Below are positions 10,503 to 20,900 of a DNA stretch of 64,000 nucleotides, piece after piece; position 1 is the stretch's first letter; every line of letters starts with the position of its first letter. The DNA is taken from contig CAXXFV010000006.1 in the NCBI GenBank assembly GCA_963674595.2, positions 256,001 to 320,000 on the forward strand. Reading direction: 5' to 3'. Origin of the DNA: a bacterium (GTDB taxonomy: Bacteria; Zhuqueibacterota; Zhuqueibacteria; Residuimicrobiales; Krinioviventaceae). Made by a program: the position numbers and the translations under genes. The notes beneath the pieces were generated by a model. It saw nothing but the letters and a program-made list of their open reading frames with translations. It did not search any database and had not been told where the DNA came from.

Positions 10503-11558
10503 ATGTTAATCAAAGAACATCAACGTCAGCCCCTGAAAAGAGACCTTAAAATCGGTTTATTTTTGTTGGGTGTGCTTGCACTCTTTTTTGGTAATTATAT
10601 CATTTCCGTGCCAATAAGTGCATTTGCGGCAATTATCAGTATTATTTTTTTCATCCTTTTTTCTTCTCTATATCTCTTACAGGGAAACCCGACTTTAAGC
10701 AAAGTTTTACAGCTTGAATTTGAAATGCTGCCAAGCCGGACCTGGGGCATACCCATCGGATTATGGCTGCTGACCATGGTTTATGCCCTGTTTACAAAGC
10801 AGTTAAGCGTTTATAATGTATGTGCCGGGCTTGTTTATTGTGTTGTACCTTTTTTGCTTATAAAACCTTTATTGCAAAAAGAGCCAAAACTTTTAGCGGC
10901 GGACGTATTTTTATTATTGTTTTTATGGCTGCCTATAGAATTTGGTTGGATACCCAATATTTCAATTCCCCCTGTTCAAGGCCAGGTAGCGATTTATAAA
11001 TTCATCGGCATTATAATTATTGTTTTTTTATATGCTTCTGTTCGCAAAATCCCGATTGGGTTCACATATCGGTTAAAGGGACAGGACTGGTGGTTGTCAA
11101 TACAAAATTTGCTGATGTTTTTACCTTTTGCGCTGGTAATTGGTTTTTTAACCGGCTTTATCGCCCTGTCACACCGAATGCCGGCCGGTTCGGAATTATT
11201 ATCCAGTTTTATTGCTATTTTTGTTTTTATTGCATTACCGGAAGAACTGTTGTTTCGTGGTGTGATACAGAATTTAATTGTAAAAAGAATGGCTCACGTT
11301 AAAAACGGTCAGATGAAAGCACTGATAATTTCATCTGTTATTTTTGGTCTTGCACATGCCAATAATCCCAGTGCACCATTTTTATCAATATCATTTTTTA
11401 ATTTTGGCACGTGGCAGGTTCCCTGGGTCTATGTTATTCTGGCGTCCATTGCCGGATTTTTCTATGGATGGACGTTTATAAAAACAGGTAAAATAACAGC
11501 CGCCGCATTGGTGCATCTTTATGTAGACTGGATTTGGAGTAATTTTTTAAGCGGATAA
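10503..11558 (+). CDS. CPBP (Abi/CAAX, Rce1-like) intramembrane glutamic protease
   Basis: Polytopic membrane protein with EELLFRG, FGLAH and a C-terminal HLYVD motif. Confidence 0.88.
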   Translation: MLIKEHQRQPLKRDLKIGLFLLGVLALFFGNYIISVPISAFAAIISIIFFILFSSLYLLQGNPTLSKVLQLEFEMLPSRTWGIPIGLWLLTMVYALFTKQLSVYNVCAGLVYCVVPFLLIKPLLQKEPKLLAADVFLLLFLWLPIEFGWIPNISIPPVQGQVAIYKFIGIIIIVFLYASVRKIPIGFTYRLKGQDWWLSIQNLLMFLPFALVIGFLTGFIALSHRMPAGSELLSSFIAIFVFIALPEELLFRGVIQNLIVKRMAHVKNGQMKALIISSVIFGLAHANNPSAPFLSISFFNFGTWQVPWVYVILASIAGFFYGWTFIKTGKITAAALVHLYVDWIWSNFLSG

Positions 11559-11560
11559 CT

Positions 11561-12169
11561 ATGAGAGAAACGAAATTAAATTTGGATGATATTTCACCCA
11601 AAATCATAGGTCAAAAGGTGTTACTGGGTCCGTTTCGTTCAGAACTGGCGGACACTTACCGACGTTGGCTGCACGATCTGGAAACGAGTGTAAATTTACA
11701 CCCGAATATATTATTAACTTTTGAAGACGAGCAGGAGTGGTTAAGGTCTTTTGCAAAACAAGGCAATATCGGTTTTACAATTTATGAAAAGAAAACCGGT
11801 ACACCTATAGGCTCAACAGGTCTTCATTTTAATGAGGGTGTCAACTATACGGCCGAATTCGGAATTTTAATTGGTGAAAAGTCTTTTCAGGAGAAAGGGC
11901 TGGGAACTGAGGCAACCGCATTGACTGTTGATTATGGCTTTAATATTTTAAATTTATCGAGTATTAGTTTAAAAGTCCATGAGTTCAATAAAAGAGGTTT
12001 TCATGTTTATGAAAAAGTCGGGTTCCGAACCGTTGGAATCAGACGAAATTCTTTTTATCTGGCAGGAAAGTTTTATAATGATATTTTAATGGACATTTTG
12101 CCTCAGGATTTGAATTCAGGATTTTTCAAAAATTTTGTTCACAATATAACCCAAGAGAATACAAAATAA
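11561..12169 (+). CDS. GNAT N-acetyltransferase (RimJ/RimL/SpeG-like)
   Basis: Motifs AEFGILIGE..QEKGLGTEA, NKRGFHVYEKVGF, YNDILMDIL. Confidence 0.9.
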   Translation: MRETKLNLDDISPKIIGQKVLLGPFRSELADTYRRWLHDLETSVNLHPNILLTFEDEQEWLRSFAKQGNIGFTIYEKKTGTPIGSTGLHFNEGVNYTAEFGILIGEKSFQEKGLGTEATALTVDYGFNILNLSSISLKVHEFNKRGFHVYEKVGFRTVGIRRNSFYLAGKFYNDILMDILPQDLNSGFFKNFVHNITQENTK

Positions 12170-12190
12170 AGAAGAACCAGGAAAACAGAA

Positions 12191-13465
12191 ATGACAAAAT
12201 TTTTTAGCGGCAAAAAAAACAGAATAATGGTATTTGGTATTGGATCATTTGCACATGCAGCAATGGAAGTATTAGCCGCTGAAGGTGCTGAAGTAAGTTG
12301 TTATCTTACTCGTGATTACGGCCACTTTGGACCCAATCAGGTAGGAGAAACCTATTCATTTATAGATTACCCCAATCCATGTGCTCTTTTAAAAAAGAAA
12401 AAGATAAACCTGGTTGTGCCCATGTCAATTGACTGGCATTATCAGGACTGGACAACAGAATTTCTGCAGCTCGGAATTCCAATATTATCACCCATTCGTG
12501 AAGCAATGTTAATTGAACGTGACCGGGATTTTGCACACAAGCTGTGCAAAAAGTATGGAATACCGTTTCCAATCTCTTATGTGGCCAAAAACCGACCGGA
12601 CGCATTGGAATTTTTGGAAAAACATCCAAAACCCTATGTTATAAAAAACCCTCTATGTTCACCAAGCAGCCCTGTTCATACAATCGTCTGCGAAAATGTA
12701 GCTGACACAAAAAGCTGGCTTTCTAATGTTGATTATGCTGAAGGTGTTTTTTTACAGGAATATTTGGGACGACGCGAAGTTGGTCACATTGCCTTTATAG
12801 CAAATGGTGAGATCATCCCCATGGTGACCAACCAGGAATATAAACGTGCTTTTGACGGCAATATGGGACCGGTTGCCGGAGCTCCATTAGGTGGCCTTAT
12901 TGAAGCAGATCTTGATGATAAATACGGTTTGGTTGAAGATTTAATAAAACCTTTACAACCCTGGTTTCAAAAAACCAATTTTTATGGCCCAATTCAGGTA
13001 ACGGCTGTTCAGCGTGACCGGAAATGGTATGTTATTGAGTATAATGTCCGTACAGGTGTGACAACAGGGCCGGCATTATGGCGAATGCTGGAAAATCCTG
13101 CCCAGGTTATAATGGATGTTGCGAATAATAAAAAACCTCAGTTAAAATTTAAAAAGAATATGGAATGTGCCTGTACGTTGACATTGGCAGGTTGGGGCTA
13201 TCCTTATACCCGGGTTGTCGGTCCATATTTGACTGTTCAGCTTCAGGAAAAACCGACATGTGATATTTGGTGGAATGAAGTTAAAGGTGAATCATTGTCC
13301 CGGCTGTTCATGTCTGGGCACCGTATTGCAGATATAATTGCGCACGGGCCGACCATGGATGAGGCTATTACCAGGGCTTATGAAAATATTAAAAAGATAT
13401 ATTGTTTAGCAAGTTACTATCGCCTGGATGTGGGGCAAAGCCTGTGGCCTCCGGGGAATGATTAA
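12191..13465 (+). CDS. Divergent PurD-fold ATP-grasp ligase (GAR-synthetase paralog)
   Basis: PurD-like layout (PYVIK, QEYL, QEYKRAFDGNMGP, IEYNVR, GYP, YRLDVG), but the substrate motifs are altered. Confidence 0.8.
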   Translation: MTKFFSGKKNRIMVFGIGSFAHAAMEVLAAEGAEVSCYLTRDYGHFGPNQVGETYSFIDYPNPCALLKKKKINLVVPMSIDWHYQDWTTEFLQLGIPILSPIREAMLIERDRDFAHKLCKKYGIPFPISYVAKNRPDALEFLEKHPKPYVIKNPLCSPSSPVHTIVCENVADTKSWLSNVDYAEGVFLQEYLGRREVGHIAFIANGEIIPMVTNQEYKRAFDGNMGPVAGAPLGGLIEADLDDKYGLVEDLIKPLQPWFQKTNFYGPIQVTAVQRDRKWYVIEYNVRTGVTTGPALWRMLENPAQVIMDVANNKKPQLKFKKNMECACTLTLAGWGYPYTRVVGPYLTVQLQEKPTCDIWWNEVKGESLSRLFMSGHRIADIIAHGPTMDEAITRAYENIKKIYCLASYYRLDVGQSLWPPGND

Positions 13466-13500
13466 TTTTATTATTGCGAATACAAACCGGATATATTTTA

Positions 13501-14280
13501 ATGAATCTGTTTTTTTCAGAATACAAGTCGGATTACTCTAATTATATTTTCCCTTATGTTATTTGGGGGACCCCTGAATCGCACGAAACACCGGCTGATA
13601 TTTTTAATAAAGGTTTTTTACCCAATTCCAAAAATCTTGACCGTTTTTATCTTTGCAGAAATGTCCGTGTCGACCTGGAACGATTTTTACCGTCTTCTGA
13701 AAATCGTCGTGTTCTGCGAAAAGGAAGCATATTTGAAACCAAGCTTTATAAGCGCAGTGATTTCGATTTTAATGACAAATGGTTATCCTTTTGTCTGGAT
13801 TATGCCGATACCAAATTTGGTAACGGAGTGATGAGCCGGGACAGAATTTTAAGTCTTGTTAATTCACCTATTGTCTCTCATTTGCTTTTGTTTAAACATC
13901 GCGAAACAGAGGAGGATGTAGGACTTGTTTTTTTATTCCTGGACTCGTCCAGAATAGCGTTTTATTACTATTCTTTTTATAACCTGGATTTTTTTAAACA
14001 AAATCTTGGTATGTACATGATGACGTCGGCTGTAAGTTTTTTTAAAGAGTTGGGCTATGATTATATTTATCTCGGCTCATGTTACAGTCGTAATGCTTTA
14101 TATAAAACGCAATTTAACAGTTTTCAGTTTTTTAATGGCTTCAAGTGGTCTGAAAATATTGATGAACTCAAGTTTTTAATCGACCGTGATAATGGAAATG
14201 TTGATAAACATTTATTTGAGAATGATATATATTTACAAAACTTTTATCCTGACGGAACAAGTTTTATCAAAAAATCTTAA
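13501..14280 (+). CDS. ATE/Bpt-like aminoacyl-tRNA-dependent transferase (GNAT fold)
   Basis: CRNVRVDLERFLPSSENRRVLRK resembles ATE_N. YYYSFY...LGMYMM...YIYLGSCY...YKTQF resembles ATE_C. Confidence 0.75.
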   Translation: MNLFFSEYKSDYSNYIFPYVIWGTPESHETPADIFNKGFLPNSKNLDRFYLCRNVRVDLERFLPSSENRRVLRKGSIFETKLYKRSDFDFNDKWLSFCLDYADTKFGNGVMSRDRILSLVNSPIVSHLLLFKHRETEEDVGLVFLFLDSSRIAFYYYSFYNLDFFKQNLGMYMMTSAVSFFKELGYDYIYLGSCYSRNALYKTQFNSFQFFNGFKWSENIDELKFLIDRDNGNVDKHLFENDIYLQNFYPDGTSFIKKS

Positions 14281-14300
14281 TCAAAACATCGGAGTAAAGC

Positions 14301-15833
14301 ATGGCGCTATCTGGTATTGATTTTGTTATTGTGTTATTGTATCTCGGCGGAATTATCGCAATGGGGTTTGGGTTCCGCAAGTACGTTAATTCATCAGAAG
14401 ACTTTTTCCTAGCCGGTAAAATGCTGCCGTTCTGGGCAATCGGTATGTCGATTGTCGTATCAGATATTGGAGCTGTTGATTTTGTCGGTTTAACAGGTCA
14501 GGCATACAGGTATGGTATTGTTGTCGGCAATTTTGACTGGATAGGCTCTGTTCCGGCAATGATATTGGCAGCATTGGTATTTATTCCCTATTACTGGCGT
14601 GCCGGTGTATTTACCATACCGGAATATTTGGGAAGGCGTTACAATACCGGCGTTCGTACGATTCATGCCCTTGTTTGGCTTGTTTTTATGGCATTTGGAT
14701 TAGGTATCATGCTTTGGGCTACCGGTGTTTTATTAAGTGAGTTAATGGGCTGGCCTATTATGATTTCAATTATTATTACGGCCATTATTGTAGGGCTTTA
14801 TACAGTAATTGGCGGCTTGTCAGCCGTGGTTATGACGGATGTTGTTCAGCTTATTGTCATGTTTGTTGGTGGTATAGCTATTTTAGCCCTTGGTATGTGG
14901 GAACTTGGCGGGTGGAGTGGAATGGTTGATAAAATAACCTCTTATGGTCCTGAATTTTCCGACCACTTTAATCTGATCATTTCACCAAAAGCTAACACGC
15001 CTTATCCCTGGACCGGTATACTTTTTGGCTTGGCTATTGTGCTGGCCCCTGCTTACTTTATTGCCAATCAAACTATTGTTCAACGTTCTCTCGGCGCTAT
15101 TGACGAATGGAATGCAAAAGCGAGTGTTTTATTTGGCGCTTTTTTGAAAATGTTTATACCTGTTCTTTTCGTTTTTCCAGGCCTTATTGCTTTGGGATTG
15201 TTTCCCGGTATTGCAGACGGAGACCGGGCTTTTCCTGTCATGATAAAAGAACTGCTGCCGCCCGGTATGACAGGGCTGGTATTTGCCGCTTTTTTTGCCG
15301 GATTAATGTCCAGTGTTGACTCTACTGTAAATTCTGCCGCAACAATATGGACAAAAGATATTTACGAAAAGTTTATGAAAAAAGATGCGGATGATCGTCA
15401 TTATCTTATTGTAGGACGTATATTTACAGTTGTGCTTTTACTTTTTGCGATTATTACTGCTCCGATCAGTGAAAAATTTCCGGGTATCTATGTATATGTC
15501 CAGACACTTTTATCATTTTTTCAGGGACCTACATTAGGTATACTTGTACTCGGAATGTTTTGGTCACGCATGACCCAATGGGGCGGACTCGTTGGGTTAA
15601 TTGGCGGTATGTGCGTTTCGGCTTTACTTTATGTTTTTAAATCAACTTTGTTTACAATTGATGATCCGTTTCTTTATATATCCTGGTGGAGTTTTCTGGC
15701 TTCATTAATATTAGGCACAGTCACCAGTCTGACAACCAGGCCGGAACCGATTGAAAAACTGCGGGGACTGGTTTATGGTATGGTTGTTAAAGATGACGAA
15801 TTTCAAAATGTTCTTGAAAATCGTTTAAATTAG
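14301..15833 (+). CDS. Sodium:solute symporter (SSS)
   Basis: Motifs DFFLAG, TIPEYLGRRY, GGLSAVVMTDVVQ, Q.IVQRSL, GLMSSVDS..NS.AT. Confidence 0.93.
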   Translation: MALSGIDFVIVLLYLGGIIAMGFGFRKYVNSSEDFFLAGKMLPFWAIGMSIVVSDIGAVDFVGLTGQAYRYGIVVGNFDWIGSVPAMILAALVFIPYYWRAGVFTIPEYLGRRYNTGVRTIHALVWLVFMAFGLGIMLWATGVLLSELMGWPIMISIIITAIIVGLYTVIGGLSAVVMTDVVQLIVMFVGGIAILALGMWELGGWSGMVDKITSYGPEFSDHFNLIISPKANTPYPWTGILFGLAIVLAPAYFIANQTIVQRSLGAIDEWNAKASVLFGAFLKMFIPVLFVFPGLIALGLFPGIADGDRAFPVMIKELLPPGMTGLVFAAFFAGLMSSVDSTVNSAATIWTKDIYEKFMKKDADDRHYLIVGRIFTVVLLLFAIITAPISEKFPGIYVYVQTLLSFFQGPTLGILVLGMFWSRMTQWGGLVGLIGGMCVSALLYVFKSTLFTIDDPFLYISWWSFLASLILGTVTSLTTRPEPIEKLRGLVYGMVVKDDEFQNVLENRLN

Positions 15834-15845
15834 GAGGATTTATAA

Positions 15846-16055
15846 ATGTTTAATTTTAATTGGATTGCAGATTTATCTGAAGGCTGGGCACGTTTTTTAG
15901 TCGTTATGGCATTTATATTACCCTTAATTTTTGCATTGACCCTGCCCAGGAAATATATTTATAAAGGTTCTCAAGATATTGTTCTTTGGAAAAATTTGAA
16001 AATTTGGGTTTTTGTTATTGTTGCCGTTCAGGTTGCTATTTATATTTACTTTTAA
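15846..16055 (+). CDS. Small two-TM membrane protein
   Basis: Strong AGGAGG RBS, two hydrophobic segments, 12 bp after the SSS gene. Confidence 0.7.
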   Translation: MFNFNWIADLSEGWARFLVVMAFILPLIFALTLPRKYIYKGSQDIVLWKNLKIWVFVIVAVQVAIYIYF

Positions 16056-16071
16056 AGAGGAGACTCTTGTT

Positions 16072-16269
16072 GTGAATAAACAAAGTCAAGCACAAATCAA
16101 CAAAATGATAGGTTCCTTTTTAGCTGTTTTTGGGATTGCTGTTATAATAGCCATTTTTTTTACAACGACATTTCATGGTCGCATTGTTAATCTGGCAGCC
16201 GGATTACTGTTATTGCTTTGTGGCGGATTTGCGCTTTTCATGTCATATAGGGCTGGGAAAAAGGAATGA
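16072..16269 (+). CDS. Small two-TM membrane protein
   Basis: GAGGAG RBS before GTG 16072; two hydrophobic segments; overlaps the next gene by 4 bp. Confidence 0.65.
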   Translation: MNKQSQAQINKMIGSFLAVFGIAVIIAIFFTTTFHGRIVNLAAGLLLLLCGGFALFMSYRAGKKE

Positions 16270-16805
16270 AAAAAATTGTTGAACCAAAGATTGAACAGGA
16301 AGAAGCTAAAGAACGATTAGCTAAAAATTTGCGTCCATTGGGACGCAAAAGAGATATTATAAAATCTGAAATGATTTATTTACCATCATACGTATTTAAT
16401 GTATCTGTTGAAACAGCACGTTCAAACAAGCGTGAAATCGTCATTTGTCTCGATGCTATTTTGGGTGAGTTTGCTTTTTTTAATGATTTGCCGTTGCATG
16501 ATTTGGAGGAGATTAATTTTAAAACCATTGATTTTTTAATCCAGCCATCTGAAGCAACAGATAAGGGAAAAGAACATATTCGTCGGTTTTTGTTACAACA
16601 AAGTTTAAAACAAAAATATCGCGCTGAACTTCAGAATATTAATTTGGATAATGAAATTTATTATCCGTTTTGGATTGGATATTTTTATCGTAAAGGTGCT
16701 TTGGACTTTGATGTTATTGATGGTGTAAGTGGCGAAAAACAGGGGGTAACGATGCGGCCTGTCTTTATAAAATTTTTAATGGAGTTAAATAACAAAGATC
16801 AGTAG
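16266..16805 (+). CDS. Hypothetical soluble protein with an internal two-fold repeat
   Basis: Repeated pattern IYLPSYV...LDAILGE and IYYPFWI...IDGVSGE. Confidence 0.75.
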   Translation: MKKIVEPKIEQEEAKERLAKNLRPLGRKRDIIKSEMIYLPSYVFNVSVETARSNKREIVICLDAILGEFAFFNDLPLHDLEEINFKTIDFLIQPSEATDKGKEHIRRFLLQQSLKQKYRAELQNINLDNEIYYPFWIGYFYRKGALDFDVIDGVSGEKQGVTMRPVFIKFLMELNNKDQ

Positions 16806-16907
16806 ATACTTTTTTTTATTGGGATTTTAAATTGTTGTTATTTTATAATAAATTTTATTATATTTCAACTTTTGTATAAATCCATACTTAATGAAAGAGG
16901 TATCAAA

Positions 16908-17936
16908 ATGTATCAGACTCCACGTGAAATAGTAAAAGCAAGTTTAACCTTTGCTACCCCTCAACGCATGCCTCGTGATTTATGGGTCTTGCCTTGGGCT
17001 GACGAATATCATCCTTCAGTTGTAAAATCGTTAAAAGACCTGTACCCACCTGACTTTGTTACCGTAGAAAGTGTCTATCGCCCTTCTCCAAGAATAAAGG
17101 GAGAAAAGTATGATGTAGGATATAGCACAGATGAATGGGGTTGTGTCTTTAAAAATATACAAAAGGGAGTTCATGGTGAGATTGAAAATCCAATAGTGTC
17201 GGACATAAAAAATTGGCAATCTGTTCAACCTCCCTATGAAATATTGCCGGAAGATAAGATAAAAGCTGCAGAAAAAGTAAATCATTTTTGTGAAAAAACA
17301 GATAAATTTGTTTTTGCGGACTGTTGTCCCAGGCCCTGGGAGCGTCTGCAATTTTTACGCGGAACAGAAAATGCCATGATGGATGTTATGGTTCCCGATG
17401 AGGGTGGAGCCGACTTGATCAAGTTGGTGCATGATTTCTATATGAAGGAATTGGAATTTTGGGTTAAAACAGATGTTGATGCCATTATGTTCATGGATGA
17501 CTGGGGTACCCAAACTCAGCTTCTGATTCCACCAAGAATTTGGCGAGAGCTTTTTAAGCCATTGTATAAAGAATACTGTGATATTGCCCATGCAAACGGA
17601 AAATTTGCATTTATGCATTCTGATGGTAATATTCAGGAAATATATACCGATCTTGTTCAGGTTGGCGTTGATGCTGTCAACTCTCAGCTTTTTTGTATGG
17701 ATATGGAATATTTGGAACAGAACGTAAAAGGACAAATAACATTTTGGGGTGAAATCGACCGTCAGCATGTTCTTAATTCTAAAAATCCACAGGATGCACG
17801 AGATGCTGTTAAAAAAGTTGCCAAACATTTATATGATCCCAAAGGCGGGGTTATAGCACAATTTGAATTTGGACCGGGTGCTGAACCGGAAAATACCTTT
17901 GCTATTTTTGACGAATGGGACCACATTACATCATGA
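16908..17936 (+). CDS. Uroporphyrinogen decarboxylase/MtaA-CmuA family protein
   Basis: Motifs DEWGC, LRGTEN, FMDDWGTQ, FMHSDG, FWGEIDRQH. ATG 16908 follows GAGG. Confidence 0.85.
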   Translation: MYQTPREIVKASLTFATPQRMPRDLWVLPWADEYHPSVVKSLKDLYPPDFVTVESVYRPSPRIKGEKYDVGYSTDEWGCVFKNIQKGVHGEIENPIVSDIKNWQSVQPPYEILPEDKIKAAEKVNHFCEKTDKFVFADCCPRPWERLQFLRGTENAMMDVMVPDEGGADLIKLVHDFYMKELEFWVKTDVDAIMFMDDWGTQTQLLIPPRIWRELFKPLYKEYCDIAHANGKFAFMHSDGNIQEIYTDLVQVGVDAVNSQLFCMDMEYLEQNVKGQITFWGEIDRQHVLNSKNPQDARDAVKKVAKHLYDPKGGVIAQFEFGPGAEPENTFAIFDEWDHITS

Positions 17937-17981
17937 TAAATTGATTATATATTATAAAATATTTTGAAAGGACATTCTCAT

Positions 17982-20900
17982 ATGTTCGAACAGGAACGAT
18001 CATTATTAGAAGCTCGTGTTCAAGTTTTTATCCAAAGATTAGAACGACTTGTATATAGCAGCAAAAAATTATTTGATGCTGAATATTGTATTTATGCCCC
18101 ACCGGTGGACTTTGAAAATCGTAGTCAAGGTGAATTTAAACCCATTACAGAGGGTGATTACTGGGGGGAAAATTGGCAAGTCGCATGGTTTCATTTAAAA
18201 GGGAATGTTCCAAAGGAATGGCAGGGTGAAAAAATTGCAGCATATATCAACCTTGGAGGTGAAGCTTTACTGTTTGATTCTAACGGAAACCCTGTAATAG
18301 CTTTTAGTTGTCACTCCATTTTTGATGAAAAATTTTACAGAGACAGATATATTGTAGCGGAAAAAGCCAAAGGAAATGAGACATTTGATTTTTGGATTGA
18401 AGCGACGGCTGCCGAACTTTTTGGGTTGAATATTGATTCTGATCCCGAGTTGGAAAATCCAAAACGTTTCGGTGAGCATAAAGCCAAAGTTTCAGATTTA
18501 GCTCTGGCCGTTTTTCGTGAAGATATTTGGCGGTTGCTGTTGCAGGTCGATTCCTTGAATGATATTATGAAAAAACTCGATCTAAACAGTGTTCGTCGTG
18601 CACGCATCTTGAAAGCATTAATGAATGCTATTGATATTTTTAATTCTGATCGTGATTCCGTAGCAAAAAGTCAAAAATGTCTGGAAACAGAACTGGCTAA
18701 AAAAAGTAACAGCTCTGCGCTAACAGCAGTTACCGTTGGTCACGCTCATTTGGATACGGCATGGCTGTGGCCGTTGTCTGAAACAATTCGCAAATGTGCC
18801 AGAACGTTTTCCACACAAATACGCCTTATGGAAAAGTATCCGGAATATATTTTCGGTGCATCCATGCCTCAGCACTATGCATTTGTTAAAAAGTATTATC
18901 CGAATCTATTTGATGAGATAAAAGAGAAAATTAATCAGGGCCAATGGGAACCCCAGGGAGGTATGTGGGTTGAAGCTGATTGTAACCTGATTGGCGGTGA
19001 AGCGATGGTGCGTCAGATCCTGCATGGGAAAAACTATTTTCGTGATGAATTCGGGTTTGATGTTAAAAATCTCTGGCTGCCCGATGTCTTTGGATACAGC
19101 GCAGCATTACCGCAAATTTTAAAAAAATCCGGCATAGAATACATGGTAACTCAAAAGTTATCATGGAACCAGTTTAATAAAATGCCTTCACATACTTTTG
19201 TATGGAAAGGTTTGGATGATAGTGAAATTATCGCCCATTTCCCTCCGGAAGATACCTATAATTCAAATTTAAAACCTTCGGGCCTCATGTATGCACAGGG
19301 AAATTTTAAAGAAAAAGACGAATTGGATGAATTCCTGACGCTCTTTGGAATTGGTAATGGAGGTGGAGGTCCGACAGAAGAGATGATTGAACGCGGTCTT
19401 ATACAAAAAGACCTTGAAAGTACACCAAAAGTTAAATTCAGTTCTGCACAATCTATGCTTGACCGGCTTGAAAAACATCGTGACCAGTTAATGCGCTGGG
19501 AAGGTGAGTTATATTTTGAACTTCATCGTGGAACTTTAACTTCTCAGGCCTATAATAAAAAAATGAACCGTTTTATGGAACTAAAGTTACGGGAGTTGGA
19601 ATTCCTGTATTCTTTGGTGGATTTTTCCCAATACCCTCAAAGTGATTTGGATGAAATGTGGAAAAAAGTGCTTCTTTATCAATTTCACGATATCATTCCA
19701 GGTTCGAGTATTACCAAAGTTTATGAAGATACTCGTGTCGGTTACAAGGAACTTGAACAAAAGTCTGCTGAACTTTATAACAAAGTCTGCACTCTTTTGA
19801 CAAACGAAAATCATAATTGTGTTTCACTTGTGAATTCTCTTTCATTTACATTTAAAAAACATATCGAATTACCCAAAAGTTGGTGTGGATATGAAATTCT
19901 TGATGAAGAACAAAATATAATTCCTTCTCAAATTGTCAACGGTAAACCGGTTATTTTGTATGACGTAGAATCTCTGGGAAACATCAAAGTTTTTAGAGGA
20001 CAGCAAAATGAAACTGCCGACTCTAAATTACCCAAAGAATTGGTAATGGAAAATGAATTGGTTCGGTATGAGTTTGATGAAAACGGACAAATATGCCGGG
20101 CTTTTGATAAAACATGTCACCGTGAAATTCTTTGTCAGGGTAACGGAAACATTTTGTCTCTTTATGAAGACCGTCCGGTAAACTGGGATGCCTGGGACGT
20201 TGACAGATTTTATGAAAACCAGCTTTTACAAAATGCAAATCTGATCTCCGGAGAATGGCTGGATGATGGTGACGTGTTACAACGAATCAAATTTGTTTTT
20301 GAAATCGGAACTTCAAAAATTGAACAATTTGTAATTTTGGACAGCAACAGCAAAAGACTTGATTTTGTAACCAAAGTAGACTGGGTTGAGCGTCATAAAA
20401 TGCTTCGGGTTGCTTTTCCTGTTAATATAATATCAGATACCGCATTATTTGAAATACAATATGGGTCTGTTAAAAGAAATACCCATCGTAACACAAGCTG
20501 GGATATGGCCAGGTTTGAAGTTGCCGGGCATCGTTTTGCCGATCTATCTGAACATGATTATGGTGTCGCTTTGTTAAATAATTGTAAATATGGTTATAAA
20601 GTATTTGGAAATACCCTGGACCTTAACCTGTTGAGGGCCACCGTGAATCCTGATCCTGAAGCAGACCGTGGCGTCCACGAGTTTACCTATAGTTTATTGC
20701 CTCATTGTGGAGATTTTAGCAATTCGGATGTCATTGCTGAGGCTGCTCAACTGAATCAGGGAATTTCTTTGATTGAAGGTGAAATAAACGACAATTTGTT
20801 TATGCCTGTGCAGTTAAAAGGTAACGTTATACTTGAAGTTTTGAAAAAATCGGAAAAAGAAAATGCCCATATAGTTCGTATATACGAACCATACGGGAAC

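Noticed and set aside
12191-13465. Calling this gene purD
   Set aside because: The substrate-binding motifs are replaced and there is no purine-gene context.
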